A DNA stretch of 64,000 nucleotides from Methanobacteriota archaeon (GTDB lineage: Archaea; Methanobacteriota; Methanobacteria; Methanobacteriales; Methanobacteriaceae): the NCBI GenBank assembly GCA_963787255.1, contig CAWBCJ010000029.1, positions 320,001 to 384,000 of the forward strand. Reading direction: 5' to 3'. Position numbers and translations under genes: made by a program. Shown one piece after another: positions 58,934 through 64,000 of this stretch. Position 1 is the stretch's first letter. The number at the start of each line of letters is the position of its first letter. The notes below the pieces were generated by a model. That model searched no databases. It was not told the DNA's origin and saw nothing but the letters and a program-made list of their open reading frames with translations.

Positions 58934-59335
58934 ATGGCAGTTAAGCCTGAATGGATTGAATATTCAAACGAAGAAATTGAAGAATTAATTTTAAAACTAA
59001 GAAAAGAAGGAAACTCAACAAGTATTATTGGAATCGCTTTAAGAGACCAGTATGGAATTCCAGATGTGAAACTTATAACTGGTAAAAAAATAACCAAAAT
59101 ACTTGAAGATCACGGACAAGAACTCAAATATCCTGAAGATCTCATGAATCTAATTAGAAGAGCAGTTAACATCAGGGAACATTTAGACGAAAATCCTAAA
59201 GACCTTCACACCAGAAGAGGTTTAAGGATCATCGAATCTAGAATAAGGAGATTAGTCAGATACTATGTAAATGATGGCGTACTTCCTGAAGGATGGAGAT
59301 ATGACCCAAGAAGCGCAGCACTCCTTGTTAAATAG
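58934..59335 (+). CDS. rps15: 30S ribosomal protein S15 (uS15)
   Basis: [32 protein letters not shown]...[18 protein letters not shown]. Confidence 0.97.
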   Translation: MAVKPEWIEYSNEEIEELILKLRKEGNSTSIIGIALRDQYGIPDVKLITGKKITKILEDHGQELKYPEDLMNLIRRAVNIREHLDENPKDLHTRRGLRIIESRIRRLVRYYVNDGVLPEGWRYDPRSAALLVK

Positions 59336-60659
59336 GGCTGACGAAGCGTGCTCACTTATAAAAGAGCATATAAATAAGGAACATATTGTGAGAGTCATCT
59401 CTCACAATGATTCTGATGGATTATCCGCCGCTGGAGTAATGTGCAATGCAATATCCAAGCAAGGCGGTAAATTCCATGTTACAATAATTCCACGTCTTAA
59501 AGAGGAATTTGTAAATAAGCTAAGGTCTGAAAGATACAAATTATTTGTTTTTTGTGACATGGGAAGTGCATATCCTGATTTAATTAGTAAACTTAAAGGA
59601 AATACAGTAATATGCGATCATCACCAAATATCTGGCGATAATGGCGAAAAATACGAAAATTTAGTTCACGTTAATCCCCATCTATTCGGCATGGACGGAA
59701 CGCGCGATGTGAGCGCTTCGGGGGTATCTTACATATCAGTAAGAGGAATGGAAAACGTTGATCTTTCAGGACTCGCTTTAGTAGGCGCTTTTGGTGACAT
59801 GCAGTGTAGCGACGAAATCCAGGGCGTTAATAAGATGATTCTTGATGAAGGAATTAATGCGGGAGTCCTTGAAGAACGTGAAGGCCTTAAAATAACTTAT
59901 AAAAAGGAAGAACCTATATACAAGGCGCTTGCATATAGTTTTAATCCTGCTCTAAAAGGCATTTCAGGAGACCCTGACGGGGCCCGAGCATTCTTACAGG
60001 AACATGGATTGTCATATGGGATTAAATTTGAAGATCTAGCCCATGAAGAAAAAGACATGCTGAAAGAAGAGCTTATAAAAGTTAATCCTAAGATATTCGA
60101 TAAAATTTACAGTATTCCACGTGAAATACCCCAATTAAGAGATATTGAGGATTATTCAAGGATTCTTGATGCTTGCGGTAAAAATAAAAAGTACGGCACT
60201 GGTGTCAGCATCTGCATTGGTGAAAGAGAAGAAGCACTTGATGAAGGCATTAAATTAGCTCAAAAATACAGGGAAAGTCTGGTTAAAGGAATAAACTGGA
60301 TTAATAAAGAAGGATCAATTAAGCTAGATAATATTCAATATATCTATACTGAAGATAAAGCAAAAAAGAGTTTGATGGGTACAATATCCAGTATTGGACT
60401 TGAACTTGAGATTTTAGATCCAGAAAAGCCTGTAATTGCCATATCCAAGATGCACGATATTATAAAAGTATCTGGAAGAACAACCATGCCCATGATTAAA
60501 AAAGGTGTTAACCTGGGTTATGCTCTTGGAGAAGCAGCTAAAAGCTTTAATGGAGCTGGAGGCGGCCATAATATTGCTGCGGGTGCTGTGGTACCATTTA
60601 AAGAAATGGACAATTTCACAGATATTGTAGATGAAATAGTGGGAACCCAGATAAAATAA
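59325..60659 (+). CDS. DHH family phosphoesterase (RecJ-like)
   Basis: [32 protein letters not shown]. Likely TTG start overlaps the rps15 stop. Confidence 0.88.
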   Translation: MLNRADEACSLIKEHINKEHIVRVISHNDSDGLSAAGVMCNAISKQGGKFHVTIIPRLKEEFVNKLRSERYKLFVFCDMGSAYPDLISKLKGNTVICDHHQISGDNGEKYENLVHVNPHLFGMDGTRDVSASGVSYISVRGMENVDLSGLALVGAFGDMQCSDEIQGVNKMILDEGINAGVLEEREGLKITYKKEEPIYKALAYSFNPALKGISGDPDGARAFLQEHGLSYGIKFEDLAHEEKDMLKEELIKVNPKIFDKIYSIPREIPQLRDIEDYSRILDACGKNKKYGTGVSICIGEREEALDEGIKLAQKYRESLVKGINWINKEGSIKLDNIQYIYTEDKAKKSLMGTISSIGLELEILDPEKPVIAISKMHDIIKVSGRTTMPMIKKGVNLGYALGEAAKSFNGAGGGHNIAAGAVVPFKEMDNFTDIVDEIVGTQIK

Positions 60660-60752
60660 CATTCTAACAATATTATAATTAATCTATATTATGGAGTTAA
60701 AGCCAATTAGAGTAAATAGAGAGCGAAACACGTAAAACAAATTAGTGATCAC

Positions 60753-61943
60753 ATGTACTTAACACCCCAAGAAGAGAAAATGGAAGCAGGAGAATACGGA
60801 CCTGCAGTCCAGAAAAGCATGGAAATCCTCGTAGCACTAGGAAACATTTATAATGCCGAAAGAATGGTTGATATAACGTCAGCCCAGATTTCAGGAGTTT
60901 CTTATAAAACGATTGGAGATGCCGGCTTAGAGTTTTTGGAGGACATGGCCACAGATGCCAGGATAATAGTCCCATCAACCTTGAATCCTGCTGGCGTTGA
61001 CCTTGACAGATGGAAAGAGCTCGGATTTTCGGAAGAGTTCACAAAGCGGCAGTTAAAGATAATTGAAGCCTATAGAGAAATGGATATCACTACAACCTGC
61101 ACATGTGCTCCCTATCTTGTTGGAAATGTTCCAATGAAGGGTGATCATGTTGCATGGTCTGAATCATCTGCTGTAGCTTATGTAAATTCAGTTATTGGTG
61201 CTAGGACAAACAGAGAAGGTGGTCCGGGCGCGCTTTCAGCTGCAATATGCGGTAAAACTCCAGAATACGGATATCATCTCGAAGAAGAGCGAAAGGCTAA
61301 TTTTATTGTTGAAGTTGAAACAGAGATTAAAGGAGCAGACTACGGTGCTATTGGCTATCTTGTTGGAAAAGCTGTAGGTGACGGAGTACCTTACTTCAGG
61401 TTTAAAAATCCGTCAAAAAGGGATAATCTTAAAAGTTTAGGCGCTGCACTTGCATCATCCGGCGCTGTTGCTCTTTATCACGTTGAAAAATTAACTCCAG
61501 AATATGAGTTCGCACTTGAAGGATTACAAAGCAGTGATTTAGAAAGGATTAGCATTGATAGATCTGAAATCAATGAAATTAGAGAAAAACTTTCAACAAC
61601 GAGTGGAAAGCCGGATTTAATATGTTTAGGTTGTCCTCATGCATCTATTGAAGAAATAAGAAAGGTTGCAGATGAAGTGGTGGGAAAACGGTTAAAAAAT
61701 GAACTATGGGTATGTACGTCAATTTCAGTAAAAGCTGCTGCCGATAGAATGGGCTACACGGATATAATCGAAAAAGCTGGTGGAAAATTGGTTTGTGATA
61801 CTTGTATGGTAGTAGCACCTATTGAAGAACTTGGTTTTAAGGTTATTGGAGTTGATTCCGCTAAAGCTGCAAATTATATACCTAGCATGTGCGGACTAGA
61901 TGTTGTTTTTGACGATTTTGAGAAATTGATCCTTGAAAAATAG
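60753..61943 (+). CDS. Aconitase X large subunit (probable phosphomevalonate dehydratase large subunit)
   Basis: [47 protein letters not shown]. Confidence 0.85.
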   Translation: MYLTPQEEKMEAGEYGPAVQKSMEILVALGNIYNAERMVDITSAQISGVSYKTIGDAGLEFLEDMATDARIIVPSTLNPAGVDLDRWKELGFSEEFTKRQLKIIEAYREMDITTTCTCAPYLVGNVPMKGDHVAWSESSAVAYVNSVIGARTNREGGPGALSAAICGKTPEYGYHLEEERKANFIVEVETEIKGADYGAIGYLVGKAVGDGVPYFRFKNPSKRDNLKSLGAALASSGAVALYHVEKLTPEYEFALEGLQSSDLERISIDRSEINEIREKLSTTSGKPDLICLGCPHASIEEIRKVADEVVGKRLKNELWVCTSISVKAAADRMGYTDIIEKAGGKLVCDTCMVVAPIEELGFKVIGVDSAKAANYIPSMCGLDVVFDDFEKLILEK

Positions 61944-62010
61944 TTTTTTAATTTTTAAATTAAAATCTAAAATTTATTCTTTTTTATACTACAAAGCCCA
62001 ATATAAAATC

Positions 62011-64000
62011 ATGGAAAAGTGGATTAAACAGCCTCTGATCAAGGATCAAAAAATTGAATCAAGGCTTTATCAGCAAATTCTCGCAGCTGACGTGCTTAAA
62101 ACTGGAAATACAATGATTGTAGCACCTACAGCACTTGGAAAAACAATAGTAGCCGTTTTAGTGGCAGCAGAGAGGATCAGAAATTTCAAGAACTCCAAGG
62201 TCTTAATCCTTGCACCAAGCAAGCCACTGGCAGTACAGCACGAGGAAAGCTTCAAAGAATTCATGAATGTATCTGTAACATCTCTTACTGGCGACGTTAA
62301 GCCAGAAGAAAGAGCTAAAAGATGGGAAGAATATCAAATTATTTGTGCAACACCCCAGACTATAGAATCCGATTTAATATCCTCCAGATACAATTTAGAG
62401 AATGTATCACTCCTTGTGTTTGATGAATGCCACAGAGGAGTTGGATCTTACTCTTATGTTTATTTAGCTTCTAAATACCAGCAGGAAAGCAAAAACACCC
62501 TTGTGCTCGGATTAACAGCCTCCCCCGGTTCTGTTGAAGATAAAATTAACGAAGTATGCGATAACTTATTTATAAACGATGTAATTATCAAAAGCGAAGA
62601 AGATAACGACGTTGTTCCTTATTTTAACCCTGTTGAAGTTAAATGGATTAAAATTGAACTTACAGAAGAACTTAAAGAGATAAAATCATATATTGATGCT
62701 GCTTTAAAAGCTAGATTGAACACCCTTAAGAAAATGGGAGTTATAAAGTCAGTGAGCATGAATAAAAAAGATGTTTTAAGAGCTAAGGGATCCGCTCAAA
62801 ATAGAATAGCAAGAAGCAGTAACCCTCCAAAAAAATGCTATCTGGCTGTTTCCACACTTACAGCTGTAATTAACGCCATGCATGCCCTTGAACTCGTGGA
62901 AACCCAGGGAATAAGCACCTTGAACAAATATTTTGATAGACTTAGAAAAAAGAGAACCAAAGCAGCAAAAAGTCTTCTTGTAGATGAAAACTTTAAAAAA
63001 GCAATTAGCCTTACAAAAATAGCACATGAAAAAGGAATTGAACACCCCAAACTTGCTAAACTGGTTGATGTATTAAAAAATGAGCTAAAAGAAAACGGAG
63101 AGTCCAGAATAATTGTTTTTACTCAGTTCAGAGACAGCTGTTAATAATATTTATGAGAAGTGTCTTGAAAGTAATATAAAAGCTGTGAAATTCTTTGGGC
63201 AGGCTGCCAAAGAAGGTGAAAAAGGTCTTACTCAAAAGAAACAAAAAGAAGTTATTAAATCTTTTAAAATGGGTACTTATGATGTTTTAATATCTACAAG
63301 CGTTGCTGAAGAAGGTATTGATATTCCTGCAGTGGATCTTGTTATTCTCTACGAGCCGGTACCATCAGAAATCAGGATGATACAACGTCGAGGAAGAACA
63401 GGAAGAAAAAATAAAGGTAAAATGTACATTTTAATCACCAAAGGAACTCGCGACGAAGCTTATTACTGGTCAAGTGTTAATAAAGAAAAGAAAATGAAAA
63501 GACAGTTGTCTAAGAGGGTAAAAAGAAACATTGCTCCAAAAGAAATTGTTAAAGTTATTCCAAGGGATGGTGAGGCCGGAGTGGAAGTTAAACCATTAAT
63601 CTATGCGGATTCAAGGGAACAAAGTTCCAGAGTCTTAAGAGAACTGGATAAATTAAATGTTGATATCCAGGTAAAAAGCCTTGCTGTAGCAGATTATCAG
63701 GTAAGCGACGAAGTAGGGATTGAAAGGAAAACTGCAAAGGATTTTATAGGTTCAATCATTGATAAACGACTTTACAAGCAGGCAAAGGAACTAGTTGAAA
63801 ATTTTAAAAAGCCGGTAATAATACTTGAAGGCGAAGACCTTTATTCCTCTTTAATTCATCCAAATGCAGTTAGAGGAGCCCTGGCTTCCCTTGCTGTTGA
63901 TTTTGGAATCCCCATTATTCCAACAAGATCCGAAGAGGACACTGCAGCAATGCTAAACAGAATTGCAATCAGAGAACAGCTCCACGAGCGGCCGGATATT
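62011..64000 (+). CDS. hef: Hef helicase-nuclease (FANCM/XPF-like); frameshift near 63137; runs off the window
   Basis: [23 protein letters not shown]. After the shift: [20 protein letters not shown] and ERCC4 nuclease ADY..ERKT. Confidence 0.93.

Noticed and set aside
60113-60128. TATTCCACGTGAAATA, a 14/16 match to bacterial parS (TGTTCCACGTGAAACA)
   Set aside because: Single copy inside the DHH coding sequence (IPREI), both conserved outer G/C positions differ, and no HTH-type ParB is encoded in the window. Likely chance.

Overview
AT-rich chromosomal segment of a hydrogenotrophic, pseudomurein-walled methanogen (Methanobacterium-like, Methanobacteriales), judged from mtd, fae-hps, cfbB, methanogenesis marker 12, Alba, archaeal ThrRS, Kae1-Bud32, uS15 and Hef. 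It is mostly housekeeping: BCAA synthesis (leuA, ilvBNC, ilvD, ilvE), hisB, argF, purD, argS, thrS, trpB2, cobT, uppP, surE and one tRNA-Val(TAC). I saw no CRISPR array, rRNA, transposase or integrase. About a dozen genes, including essential thrS, are broken by 1-2 base insertions, which look like consensus errors rather than real pseudogenes. The standout is a candidate archaeal chromosome-segregation system at about 30.5-31.9 kb. It has a Soj-like ParA coupled to a 118-aa partner that joins the ParB-type LGRGLDALI ParA-activating peptide to a predicted ribbon-helix-helix domain. Beside it lies an in-phase array of 22 degenerate palindromic heptads (TAA[G/C]TTA, 30483-30636). The same phased heptads recur at the parA promoter (31905-31932) and 22 kb away (52682-52723). 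All product calls come from motif recognition by eye; no database searches were run.
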